DNA from: a virus
Lineage: Duplodnaviria > Caudoviricetes
Strand: one strand, 5' to 3'
IMG/VR virus record: IMGVR_UViG_3300022777_000105
Coordinates: 1 to 38,502 of that record
DNA: 38,502 bases
A program made the position numbers and the translations under genes. This document shows, piece by piece, positions 1-9,144 of the stretch. The stretch's first letter is position 1. Every line of letters starts with the position of its first letter. Below the pieces are notes generated by a model. It saw only the letters and a program-made list of their open reading frames with translations, ran no database searches and was not told where the DNA came from.

Positions 1-127
1 AGACATCGGGCAGCGCGTCGCCGAGAACAGCGAACGCATCGACGCGATGGCTGAACGGTTCGAAGAACTCGACGACGGGTCCAGCCTGTCGGAGTTGTTC
101 GATACCGTTTCTGAGATGACCGAGCGC
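1..127 (+). repeat. 127-bp direct repeat identical to 38376-38502 (circular contig overlap)
   Basis: AGACATCGGG...GACCGAGCGC is present at both ends, and the reading frame from 37327 continues through the join. Confidence 0.97.
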
Positions 128-322
128 CTGGAGACGCTGGCCGACGCCGATGACGTTGAAGAATTGGAGCAGCGACTCCAGGCCATCGAAGACGAGCCGC
201 AGGCACCGACCTCCCTGGCTGACGTGGACGGGGACGAACAGACAGCGGCGGACGATGATGACAAAGTCCGCCAGGAGATGGGGCTGAACGCACCCCAGAA
301 ACCCAGCGTTCGGAGACTCTGA
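1..322 (+). CDS. C-terminal acidic coiled-coil (scaffold) part of the wrap-around protease-scaffold ORF
   Basis: In frame with the 37327 ORF across the overlap; the track ORF 47..322 is only its tail. Confidence 0.75.
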   Translation, partial: DIGQRVAENSERIDAMAERFEELDDGSSLSELFDTVSEMTERLETLADADDVEELEQRLQAIEDEPQAPTSLADVDGDEQTAADDDDKVRQEMGLNAPQKPSVRRL

Positions 323-329
323 CAACACA

Positions 330-713
330 ATGAGTGACGTCTTCGTGGGCGGCGTCGAGAACATCGACGGCCAGCTCCACGCGAACGGAAGTATCAGTCA
401 AAGCGACCTGGTGGAACTCACCGGCGATGACCAGGTCGAAGCAGCAAGCACGACGGGCGCCGACGGCTACGGCGTCGCCATGTACGACGCGAGTTCTGGC
501 GACGCGGTGGCGGTCGCCACCGTGGGCGCAAAGGTGGTCGTCAACTCCACCGGCGTGTCGGCGGGCGACCTGGTGACGTCCAACGGCGGCAACACGGCCG
601 GCCAGGTCCAGACGGCGAACTCGACCGGTGACGAGATCGTCGGGCGCGCCCTCACTGGGACGTCCAATGGGACGTGTGAAGTCCTGCTCGCCATGGGCGG
701 GGAGATCAACTAA
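330..713 (+). CDS. head decoration/cement protein (DUF2190-like)
   Basis: 127 aa, Gly/Ala/Val-rich beta protein (GVAMYDASSGDAVAV, AGDLVTS, IVGRAL) directly upstream of the capsid gene. Confidence 0.65.
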   Translation: MSDVFVGGVENIDGQLHANGSISQSDLVELTGDDQVEAASTTGADGYGVAMYDASSGDAVAVATVGAKVVVNSTGVSAGDLVTSNGGNTAGQVQTANSTGDEIVGRALTGTSNGTCEVLLAMGGEIN

Positions 714-1897
714 TGACGCGACTCAAAGCACAGCGACTGCTGCGGAATCACGGACAGGACGGCAACTGGCGGTTCAAGGGCCTGCTGCTGGCGACGCTGC
801 CGGGCTCGCCGGTGTCGAAAGACGACGTCGCCAAGGCGTGGCCGACCAAGCGCTCGGAGTACCAGTTCCTCCAGGCCAACCCCACCTACGACGCCGAGGT
901 CGAAGCCAAGCGGACGGCGACCGTCGAGGAGGGCAGCGAGGAGTACCACATGCTGTCGGACTTCGCGGGCGACGACCTCGAAGCCGTCAACGACGACGTC
1001 CACGAGGCGCATCTCGACAGCGCCATCCAGCACACCCTCTTTGCGGCGGCGACGCCGGAGGAGATCGACGTGCTGTTCCGCGACCAGATTGCGGATGTCG
1101 TGGCCGAAGGCGCCCAGCGCCGACAGATGGCCCGGGACGGGTCGTTCATCTTCAACGCCGACACCAACACCGGCGACATCACCGTCGCCGAAGACCAGGC
1201 CTACGAGTACGAAGACGGGTCTGACGGACTCGCAGAGGGTGGGATCATCCCCGACGAGCGCGAAGACTACTCGACGGTCTCGTGGGACTGCAAGAAGGTC
1301 GGCACCGGCGCCCGCATCACCGACGAGATGGTGCGCCACGCCCGCGTGGACCTCATCGAACGGCAGGTCCAGTGGGTCGGCGCCGTCGCCGAAAACGACA
1401 TGAACCGCATCTGGATCAACACGCTGGTCGACGACGCCAACCAGAACTTCGACACCACCGGCAGCAATCAGGGCGTGCCGGCGGCCAACGGCGCCGTCAC
1501 CCAGGTCGACAAGCAGGACTTCCAGGCCGACAGCCTGGTGACCCACCCCGAAGCGCGTCAGGTGCTGTTCGACGACTCCAACCTCGTCTACGCCAACCGG
1601 TCGGGCACTGACGACACGTTGCGCGACCGCGAACTCGGCGGCCCGCTGATGGGACTCCAGCACTACCCCATGAACGACGCCGCCTACGACTCCAGTACGA
1701 ACACCTGGGGGTACAACGCCGACGGCGAGTTCGGCATGGTGGCCTACCAGCAGGACCACATCTGGCTGGTCATCGAACAGGACATCCAGGTCAAAGACTA
1801 CGAGGACCCCATTCGGGACCTGCAGGGCGTCAACTCACGGGCCTGGGTTGACGCGACCTACGCCCAGACCGACGCTGCCGCGACGGTCGAGTTCTGA
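713..1897 (+). CDS. major capsid protein (HK97 fold)
   Basis: 394 aa with KKVGTGARITDEMVRHARVDLIERQVQWVG-type HK97 segment; position after scaffold/decoration. Confidence 0.85.
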   Translation: MTRLKAQRLLRNHGQDGNWRFKGLLLATLPGSPVSKDDVAKAWPTKRSEYQFLQANPTYDAEVEAKRTATVEEGSEEYHMLSDFAGDDLEAVNDDVHEAHLDSAIQHTLFAAATPEEIDVLFRDQIADVVAEGAQRRQMARDGSFIFNADTNTGDITVAEDQAYEYEDGSDGLAEGGIIPDEREDYSTVSWDCKKVGTGARITDEMVRHARVDLIERQVQWVGAVAENDMNRIWINTLVDDANQNFDTTGSNQGVPAANGAVTQVDKQDFQADSLVTHPEARQVLFDDSNLVYANRSGTDDTLRDRELGGPLMGLQHYPMNDAAYDSSTNTWGYNADGEFGMVAYQQDHIWLVIEQDIQVKDYEDPIRDLQGVNSRAWVDATYAQTDAAATVEF

Positions 1898-1921
1898 CGC
1901 CACCACCACACTCAGATCACC

Positions 1922-2206
1922 ATGATGTTCGACCGATCCGACAAAGGCGCAAAGTCACTCGACCGGCGGTGGGTCAAGAAAGCACGCATCGCCAAGCGAA
2001 CGACCGACGGGCTGGAGGACTGGTCGAACAGAGAGATCAACCGATGGGACCTGGACGACGAGGGCCGGACCCCGACGGGCAAGAAGAACCCGCGGACGTG
2101 GGACTACGAGAAGCCACTCCGCCAGGTCAATCGGGTGTCCGACAACAACCGGCTGGTCGACCCGCGAGACAGTCCGCAGATTCGTGACGGAGGGCCCGAG
2201 CGATGA
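1922..2206 (+). CDS. hypothetical head-module protein
   Basis: 94 aa ORF in operon, ATGA overlap with the next gene. Confidence 0.6.
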   Translation: MMFDRSDKGAKSLDRRWVKKARIAKRTTDGLEDWSNREINRWDLDDEGRTPTGKKNPRTWDYEKPLRQVNRVSDNNRLVDPRDSPQIRDGGPER

Positions 2207-2343
2207 CGCAAGTCCCACCGCCGACCAGTCGCGCGATGGGCAGCCCCGACGACGACGTGTGCACCGAGATTATCACGTCGGGCGACCGCGAGGGCGACAT
2301 CTGCGGTCGGGACCTGCCCTGTCGCTTCCACGGAGACGAGTAA
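2203..2343 (+). CDS. 46-aa CCCH-type zinc-binding microprotein
   Basis: MTQVPPPTSRAMGSPDDDVCTEIITSGDREGDICGRDLPCRFHGDE; ATGA-coupled, stop 3 nt before next ATG; not in ORF track. Confidence 0.6.
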   Translation: MTQVPPPTSRAMGSPDDDVCTEIITSGDREGDICGRDLPCRFHGDE

Positions 2344-2346
2344 CGC

Positions 2347-2718
2347 ATGGTCAGCATCAACGTCAGCGACATCCAAGACGTCTACGGCGAACAGACGCCG
2401 TCGCTGTCATCCAGCAAGCAAACGGCGTTGAAAGACATCGCCGAGCGACTGACCGATAACGTGTTCGATGGGCGCGTCTCTCGCTTTGGCGAGATCGAAG
2501 GCGACAAGCAAGACTTTACCGCCTATCTCGGGGCCTATCTCTGGGACGTCGCCGAACGCAAGCAGTTGAACGATGAGTTTCAGACCGGGTTTAGCAACGA
2601 GATCGAATCAATCCGCAGCGAGCCCAGTAGTGCGCTGTCGGGGAGCCCCTACGGCGAGGTCTGCTTACTGATGCTTCGCGGCCGGGCGAGTGTCGGCATT
2701 GTCCGGGCTGATTACTAA
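2347..2718 (+). CDS. putative head-tail adaptor
   Basis: 123 aa with C-terminal SPYGEV motif; first neck position. Confidence 0.55.
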   Translation: MVSINVSDIQDVYGEQTPSLSSSKQTALKDIAERLTDNVFDGRVSRFGEIEGDKQDFTAYLGAYLWDVAERKQLNDEFQTGFSNEIESIRSEPSSALSGSPYGEVCLLMLRGRASVGIVRADY

Positions 2719-3212
2719 TGTCGCTGCCCGACTTCGTCCAAGAGACGATTGACCTATTGCAAACGCAGGGTAACGGTGGTAACTGGAGTGCGGCCAACTA
2801 CTCGCCACACCCGACACTGATTGATGGCGACGAGATGCGCCTCCAGTCCGGGGGCCGTGCCCGAAGCGTCGACATCGTCAACGAAAACGTCGTCACGGTC
2901 AGCTCGTCACCGACGGGCATCAACGAACCCATCGGCACCGAGTTTGACTTCCGCGTTGAACGGCCGGTCAGCGTCGAGATCGAAGGCTACCATCAGGACG
3001 GTGGCGGGCAGATCACCGACAAGGACGACTTTGACTCACTCGTCGCTGAGGCGCGGCGGGCAATCCTCGCCAGTCGGACGTTCCCAACGAGCGGGGACAT
3101 TACGAACCTCGAAATCACGGAAGAAAACGACCTGTCGCCCGATGACGGCGACGCGAATTACTTTCGGTACCAGTTTGACGTCACTTACAAAGGGTACGAA
3201 GAACTCCCATGA
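2718..3212 (+). CDS. putative tail terminator/neck protein
   Basis: 164 aa ending in beta strand FRYQFDVTYKG; position in neck module. Confidence 0.5.
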   Translation: MSLPDFVQETIDLLQTQGNGGNWSAANYSPHPTLIDGDEMRLQSGGRARSVDIVNENVVTVSSSPTGINEPIGTEFDFRVERPVSVEIEGYHQDGGGQITDKDDFDSLVAEARRAILASRTFPTSGDITNLEITEENDLSPDDGDANYFRYQFDVTYKGYEELP

Positions 3213-3781
3213 GTCCCGCGACGACGCCACGGACGCCAGCTGAGGCCGAACAGGCCGCCATTCAGTTCAGCGCCAGCCTTGAGACGGACCCTGTCGGGTT
3301 CTCCCTGACGGCGGAGATCGCCGACCGACTGCCGGGGCCGGCCGGCGACGCACTGCTGTCCGATGTCCGCGAGCGCCTGGTGGACGAGCAGGGCAACCTC
3401 ATCTTTCAGTCGATCCGGGTCGCCCACGGGACACTCCGAAGTTACGGGCAGCGCAACGACTACAACGTCGAACCCATCACCGAGTCGGTTGAGGTGCTGG
3501 ACGTCACCGAACGCGGCCGGTCGGTGTCCGTGCGCGTGGGATGGGACCATCCCGGCGCCCGGCACTTTCAGTTTGGCGTGAGCCCGCACACGATCAACGG
3601 CAATCCCATCCTATCCTTTATCTGGGAGGACGCGCCACAGGAAGTCCGCGAGATGTTCGCCAATACCGAGCGCGTCGGCGGCGACCCGCGGGTGTTTTTT
3701 CAGTCGGTTGATCACCCCGGCATCCCGGCATCGCGGTACGTGCAGGCAGCCATCAACTGGTTGCGCCAGGAAGTGGCGTGA
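3209..3781 (+). CDS. neck/tail completion protein (HK97 gp10-like)
   Basis: FQFGVSPHTI...VDHPGIPASRYVQAA resembles the gp10-family GT.PH.I...V.HPG pattern. Confidence 0.6.
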   Translation: MSPATTPRTPAEAEQAAIQFSASLETDPVGFSLTAEIADRLPGPAGDALLSDVRERLVDEQGNLIFQSIRVAHGTLRSYGQRNDYNVEPITESVEVLDVTERGRSVSVRVGWDHPGARHFQFGVSPHTINGNPILSFIWEDAPQEVREMFANTERVGGDPRVFFQSVDHPGIPASRYVQAAINWLRQEVA

Positions 3782-4048
3782 CTACTCGCCGCTGTCGAGC
3801 TGGATACTGACGGCGATGGCGGCCCCGAGAAACACCATCGGCAGCGCGGCCCAGTTGCGCGTCAGCCAGATGGTCGCGTCGGGATAGTGCACCAGCAACC
3901 ACCGCGCCTGACTGTCGAACGTTCGGACCCACGTTCCGAACGGGACCACCGACGTCGCCAGGAACAGCAGTGCCAGGACCGCCGTCGCGTTGGTCGTGCG
4001 CCAGTAGACGTCGCCGAACAGGTGTGCGCCGTCGTCTGTGTTGCCCAT
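3782..4048 (-). CDS. small two-TM membrane protein, antisense within the tail operon
   Basis: MGNTDDGAHLF..., 88 aa, two hydrophobic segments; TATA-like TTTATCAA (rc of 4071-4078) about 25 bp upstream. Confidence 0.6.
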   Translation of the reverse strand: MGNTDDGAHLFGDVYWRTTNATAVLALLFLATSVVPFGTWVRTFDSQARWLLVHYPDATIWLTRNWAALPMVFLGAAIAVSIQLDSGE

Positions 4049-4104
4049 ATACTGACTATGTGTGGACTGGTTGATAAACACTGACCCGCTGACAAACTTC
4101 ACCA

Positions 4105-4623
4105 ATGGCTACCTACGACAAAGTCGAGATGACACTCCCCGACGGCACCACGTTTGTCGGGACCAAGAACATCAGTGTCACGGAGAGCCAGCAACCCTTC
4201 TGGCTGTTCGATGGCGCGAAGCGACTGCGAACACTCGGCGAGGCGGCCGGCCTGGTCGAGAGCGACACCTCCCAGGCGTTCGTCGGCAGCGGGTCACGCG
4301 TGCGGACGTTCACCGTCGAGTTCGTCCAGTTCGAGGGGTCAACCGATAGCTGGGGCGACGCAGCAAGCAGCGATGATGTGCTGGTGAAACTCAACGAGTT
4401 CGGGAACGAACTCGCCAATGCAGACGTCGACTCGACCAACCCAGCGACGCTTGAGTACGGCGAGTACACGTCCGGCGGCACCCACTCGGCGCTGACCGTC
4501 GTCCCCGGTGAGGTGACACTCCCCGCCGAGTTCGGTGTCGAACAGTCCGCGACGACCGCCCGCCCAACGATCCAGTGGCTCGACGCCGCCGACCTGGATA
4601 GCGTCATCCACAGCGCCCCCTAA
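4105..4623 (+). CDS. tail-module protein
   Basis: 172 aa acidic beta-rich ORF in the structural operon. Confidence 0.55.
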   Translation: MATYDKVEMTLPDGTTFVGTKNISVTESQQPFWLFDGAKRLRTLGEAAGLVESDTSQAFVGSGSRVRTFTVEFVQFEGSTDSWGDAASSDDVLVKLNEFGNELANADVDSTNPATLEYGEYTSGGTHSALTVVPGEVTLPAEFGVEQSATTARPTIQWLDAADLDSVIHSAP

Positions 4624-4625
4624 CC

Positions 4626-5021
4626 ATGGACGACGACCTTGACATCACGCCGGTCGGAGAAAGTACGCCGAAGGTGCGGGTCTATCGTGACTCCGTCGAC
4701 GTCATCCCACGCGAACAACCCCACGAAGTACAGCGCCAGGCGACCCAGGTATCCAATCCATCGGCGTCGGACACGTCGGGCATCAACCCGGCGGACATCG
4801 TCATCCAGGGCGACTGGGTGGGGAGCGACGCCAGCACACTCGCCGACCGCCTGGAGTCAATTCTTGATGATGACGACGTCGACCGGGTGGACGTGTCGGG
4901 CGCCAACAACACGACGCGCTACGATGGGGAGTACCGACTCGCCGAGCGCGTCAGCAACACCGAAGAAGCGCCACAGACCGACCTCGTGTTTTCATACGAG
5001 ATCGGGCTCATCGAAGACTAA
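4626..5021 (+). CDS. tail-module protein (distal-tail/hub-like)
   Basis: 131 aa acidic ORF ending FSYEIGLIED. Confidence 0.5.
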   Translation: MDDDLDITPVGESTPKVRVYRDSVDVIPREQPHEVQRQATQVSNPSASDTSGINPADIVIQGDWVGSDASTLADRLESILDDDDVDRVDVSGANNTTRYDGEYRLAERVSNTEEAPQTDLVFSYEIGLIED

Positions 5022-5058
5022 ACTATGACGATACCAGACACAACCCACGGAGGAACCG

Positions 5059-5973
5059 ATGCCCGGTGCCGGTAGTTCGACGGTCGCGTTCGTCCCCGAG
5101 AGTAGTTACAATACCACTCCGGGCTCGCCGACCTACTACCTGCCGGGAACCAACATCCAGGTCGAGACGGCGGAGATCGACCGGAACCTGTTGCGGCTGT
5201 CGCTGCCGGGCAACGTCGAAGACGACGACGCGATTGCCCAGCGACTCGACGGGCAACTCAGCGTCTCCTTTGTCGCCCAGAACGACGACTTCCATCGCAT
5301 CTTGTTCAACGACAGCAATACCGGCTTCACCAGTGGTCGCAGCGCAAGTGCAGAGTGGTATCTCGGCGTCGACCTGCTGGATGGGTCGACGGTCGAACGG
5401 CAGATTCAGGGCTGGTCGCCGACCTCGGCGGAAATCACGTACAGCGGGTCGACCGAGGCCGTCCGCGTGACGATGACCGGCTTCTACGCCGAGGAAGACA
5501 CAAACACCAGCATCACGCCGGGGAGCATCACCAACAACTCCACCGGCAACGAGGTGCCGGGCCACGGGGCCAAGCTGGAGTTCGACAGCACGACCGTCTC
5601 GAAACTGGAGAGTGCGACCGTCCGGTTTGAGAGTATCAGTCGCCCGCTGTTTGACTCGACGGACCCCATCGCCACCGACGCCGTCACAGGCGACGTCCAA
5701 GAGACGGTCAACATGACCGGCGTCTTTGAGGGCAGCACATACCTCGAATACGCCTACGGGTCATCGGGGGCGTCCACGATTGAAGACTTCGTGAGTTCCA
5801 TCTCGTCGACGCTTACCTTGGACCACGACGGCAGTACCATCGCGGACTACTCCTTTACCGACGCCAAACCCCGGACCTACAACTGGGAATCGTTGGTCGA
5901 CAACAGCGCCGACCTCTCCGAGCCCGTCGAGTGGTGGGCGACCGGCGTGACGGCGAGTGACCCGACCGCATGA
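5059..5973 (+). CDS. major tail tube protein
   Basis: 304 aa starting MPGAGSSTVAFVPESSYNTTP, typical of siphovirus tube proteins; precedes chaperone and tape measure genes. Confidence 0.75.
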   Translation: MPGAGSSTVAFVPESSYNTTPGSPTYYLPGTNIQVETAEIDRNLLRLSLPGNVEDDDAIAQRLDGQLSVSFVAQNDDFHRILFNDSNTGFTSGRSASAEWYLGVDLLDGSTVERQIQGWSPTSAEITYSGSTEAVRVTMTGFYAEEDTNTSITPGSITNNSTGNEVPGHGAKLEFDSTTVSKLESATVRFESISRPLFDSTDPIATDAVTGDVQETVNMTGVFEGSTYLEYAYGSSGASTIEDFVSSISSTLTLDHDGSTIADYSFTDAKPRTYNWESLVDNSADLSEPVEWWATGVTASDPTA

Positions 5974-6389
5974 CAGACTGGGACTACCCGCCGAGTCGGA
6001 CGGTCACGCTCGGCAGCGCGCTCGATGACGTCACCGACGAGCTGGCGGGGCTGGATGACGACGCCGAGGAACGTGCCACACTCATCCGTCACCAGACCGG
6101 GCTTGAGTGGGCCGTCAGCACCTTCGGCGAGGATGCGACGGTCACACTCCAGGGCTACACCACCAACACGCGGTCACGGACAGCAGACGCGTTCAACGAC
6201 GCCACCGTCAACGCCGGGCAAGCGGAGTTCGACGACTGGCTGGCGGCCGCGGGCGTCGTTGAGGCGCCGTGGTACGACGACACGGACATCACGGCGCGGG
6301 CCATCGCCCACGGCCAACTCCCGCCGGAACTCGCGGACTGGCTCGTCGACGAACTCGCCGACCTGAACGACCTCTCAGCGGGAAACTGA
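5970..6389 (+). CDS. tail assembly chaperone (gpG-like)
   Basis: 139 aa between tube and tape measure genes; ends in GGGAAAC-TGA. Confidence 0.75.
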   Translation: MTDWDYPPSRTVTLGSALDDVTDELAGLDDDAEERATLIRHQTGLEWAVSTFGEDATVTLQGYTTNTRSRTADAFNDATVNAGQAEFDDWLAAAGVVEAPWYDDTDITARAIAHGQLPPELADWLVDELADLNDLSAGN

Positions 6390-6565
6390 CGACGACGCGG
6401 CGGCTGGCACAGGGCGTCGATGCCGGCCCCGCGTATGCCGACCTCGTTCGGTTTGCCGTCGCGGCGGCCATTGACGCCGGCCACGATCCACGGGACGTCC
6501 GGCAGTGGGCAGAGAGTGATTTGCTGCATTATGTCGCATACAAGACACAGGTAACACATGGCTGA
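6380..6565 (+). other. -1 programmed frameshift site GGGAAAC (6380-6386) and gpT-like extension
   Basis: XXXYYYZ heptamer just before the stop; the -1 frame is open (GKLTTTRRLAQG...HYVAYKTQVTHG) to 6565. Confidence 0.75.
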
Positions 6566-7730
6566 CTTTCAATCCACCGGGCGCGTCGTCATCGAACGCA
6601 TCGAAGCGGGGCAAAACCTGAGTGCGGACCTCGGGAGCATCCCCGTCGAGTTCGACGCCGAGGGCGGCGGCGGGCCGGCGGGTGGCGTCGCCGGGGCGAC
6701 CGGCGGCAGCGGCCGGATGCAACGGCTCGGACGCCAGTCCTTCCGGGCGACCATCAACTCCGAGGCCGAACTCGCCCAACAGACGGCGCTGCTTGAAGAT
6801 GCCGTCGGGTTGCTTGATGATGGTGTCTCGCCCGGTGGCGGTGGTGGTGGTGGTGCTGGCGGCGGTGGCCTGTCCGATGCACTGACGGGCGGGCTGCTGG
6901 CGCGGACACTCGGCGGCGGCGGTGGTGGCATCCTCGGCGGACTCCTCGGTGGCAGTGCCGCCACACTCGCGGGCGCAGGTGGCCTGGGCGCCCTGCTTGG
7001 GTTGGGCGGCGTCCGCGCACTGCAAGAGACGGGCGTCACCGACGACGTCCGCGAGGCTGGCGAACAGACTGGCGACACACTCAACGACGTGCCCGGCGGT
7101 GAACAGGCCGCCGACCTTGCGCCGTTCGTCACGGCCGGCGGGGCCGACGTCGGCGCTGCTGCTCGGGACCTGGCATCTGGCGACCTGTCGTTTAGCAATT
7201 TCCGCGAACTCCAGCAACAGCGCGCGAACATCCTTGCAGAGAACAGGAACGAGGACCCGCCGGGCGAACTCGGCGGCCGGGGGCAAAGTGCGCGTGCCCA
7301 GGCAGCGGCGGACAGCAACCGGCCCGGCGCCGACCCGCCGTTCATCGGCCCCGGCGGTGATGGTGGCGCCGAAGACCCGCCGTTCTTCCGGCCGCCCGGT
7401 CTCGGCGTCGTCGATGGCCCCGGCAACCAGACCGCCACAACGCCAGTCAGCCAGCGCGACGGACTCATCGGCGCGGCGACGGACGCATCCACACCGGGCG
7501 GCACCGCCACGGCCGGTCGCACCCGACTCCCTGACTCGGTCAGCGGTGGCGACGTCAGCGTCGACGCGCCGGTCAACGTCCAGATTGAGGCGAGTATCGA
7601 CAACCTCGACCAGGAACTCGACCGCCAACTCCAGCAGATCAAGACCGAAATACTCCGCGAAGTCCAACAGGAGGAGACCACAAGCGGCATCTCACAGCGC
7701 CAGCAGCGGACGCTTCGCCGGGGGATTTGA
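6558..7730 (+). CDS. tape measure protein (short, Gly-rich)
   Basis: 390 aa, Gly/Ala/Leu-rich, directly after the frameshifted chaperone. Confidence 0.6.
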   Translation: MADFQSTGRVVIERIEAGQNLSADLGSIPVEFDAEGGGGPAGGVAGATGGSGRMQRLGRQSFRATINSEAELAQQTALLEDAVGLLDDGVSPGGGGGGGAGGGGLSDALTGGLLARTLGGGGGGILGGLLGGSAATLAGAGGLGALLGLGGVRALQETGVTDDVREAGEQTGDTLNDVPGGEQAADLAPFVTAGGADVGAAARDLASGDLSFSNFRELQQQRANILAENRNEDPPGELGGRGQSARAQAAADSNRPGADPPFIGPGGDGGAEDPPFFRPPGLGVVDGPGNQTATTPVSQRDGLIGAATDASTPGGTATAGRTRLPDSVSGGDVSVDAPVNVQIEASIDNLDQELDRQLQQIKTEILREVQQEETTSGISQRQQRTLRRGI

Positions 7731-9142
7731 TGACGCTCACGCTCGACATCGCGGGGTCAACGATCACGCCGGTCATCGACGCCCGGACGGTGTCGGCCGA
7801 AGGGCTCGACACTGGCGAGGCGACCGTCACCGTCCGCAACACAGCGACCAACCGCAGCGTCAGCCCCGGCGACGAAGTGACCATCGACTGGGACGCCGGG
7901 CCGCAGTGGAATGGCGAGCTGGTCGAACTCCAGAAGGAGCCCGGCGAACGCCTGACCTACGTCGCCGAAGGCGAGGCGTTGCCACTCAAGCACGAACAGG
8001 TCTACCGCGTGTTTTACGAGGCAGACTCCGGCGACGTCGTCACCGACCTCGTCACGGAGTCCGTCGAAGAACTCCCGCTGACGGAAATCCACAGTGGCGA
8101 CGACCCGAGCAACTGGGCGAGTATCGCGCCGGTCGCCGAACCCTACAGCGGGGGCCGGGCCGGCCTGTATGACTTCGGGACGGACCTCCTCTTTCTGGGG
8201 TGTCGTGCCAACCACGAGTCGGAACTCCGCACGACCTACAGCAGCGTCCCCACGGACGCCATCGAAGACGGCTTTTTCGAGCTTGAAACGCGCATCATCG
8301 CGCCGTTCGTCGCCGAATGGGACCTCACGGTCGAACTCAAGACCAGCGGCGGCGACAGCTACCGCTGGCAACCCGAGTTACAGGAGGGCGCGAACACCTA
8401 CGTCCTGGTCGCCGAGGATGCCGACCCACAGGACAGCGGACTCTCGGGCGGGGAACTCCGATACCGCTTTCAACCCAACGGCGTTGTCGCGCAAAACACA
8501 GGGTTCTTTCTCGACCACGCGGCGACCGTCCCGTTTCGGACATCGGCACGCAGCACTGACCTGGATGCCAACGACGTCCCGACGACGGGCCGGACCATCA
8601 CGCGGCGCTTTGACGAGTCGGTCGGGGAGGCTATCGACACGCTGGCGACCGAAGACCAGGCGGCGTGGTACATCGATAATAATACCGTCACCTACGAACC
8701 GGGCACGCCACCGACCGACACCAGCGTCCCGACCATCACAGAGGGGGCGACGCCCGTCGTCAACACCACCGAGGATCGGGATTTCGAGAGTATCGTCAAC
8801 GAGATCGTCGTCGCCGGGGGCGAGGGCGTCGAACACGTCGCCCGCGACCAAGGCAGCATCTCACAGTACAACCGCAAGCGCCCCGACCGCGTGGGCGACC
8901 CGCAACTCCGCACCGAGTCGGGCGCCGAAGCCCGCGCCGATGGGGAGCTGGCTGACCGCGCCTACGACGACGCCGCGGTCACGTTCGACATCGCCGATCT
9001 CTCATATGCCGGGCTGACCGCCGGGCAGCGCGTCGACATCGACTATTCGAGTGTCGACATCACGAGCGAACGGCAGGTGCTGGCGGTGGAAGCCACACTC
9101 AACGGCATCTGTTCGGTGACGGTCGAAGATACCACAGTCTAA
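7727..9142 (+). CDS. baseplate hub/tail tip protein
   Basis: 471 aa; C-terminal DRDFESIVNEIVVAG...ARDQGSISQY...AEARADGEL is typical of hub proteins. Confidence 0.65.
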   Translation: MMTLTLDIAGSTITPVIDARTVSAEGLDTGEATVTVRNTATNRSVSPGDEVTIDWDAGPQWNGELVELQKEPGERLTYVAEGEALPLKHEQVYRVFYEADSGDVVTDLVTESVEELPLTEIHSGDDPSNWASIAPVAEPYSGGRAGLYDFGTDLLFLGCRANHESELRTTYSSVPTDAIEDGFFELETRIIAPFVAEWDLTVELKTSGGDSYRWQPELQEGANTYVLVAEDADPQDSGLSGGELRYRFQPNGVVAQNTGFFLDHAATVPFRTSARSTDLDANDVPTTGRTITRRFDESVGEAIDTLATEDQAAWYIDNNTVTYEPGTPPTDTSVPTITEGATPVVNTTEDRDFESIVNEIVVAGGEGVEHVARDQGSISQYNRKRPDRVGDPQLRTESGAEARADGELADRAYDDAAVTFDIADLSYAGLTAGQRVDIDYSSVDITSERQVLAVEATLNGICSVTVEDTTV

Positions 9143-9144
9143 CG

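Noticed and set aside
1-127. Biological terminal direct repeat
   Set aside because: It lies mid-gene and 127 is a common assembler k-mer length; best explained as circular contig overlap
6375-8172. Long alternative-frame ORFs over the tape measure gene
   Set aside because: Arg/Pro/Ser-rich products expected from GC-rich codon bias
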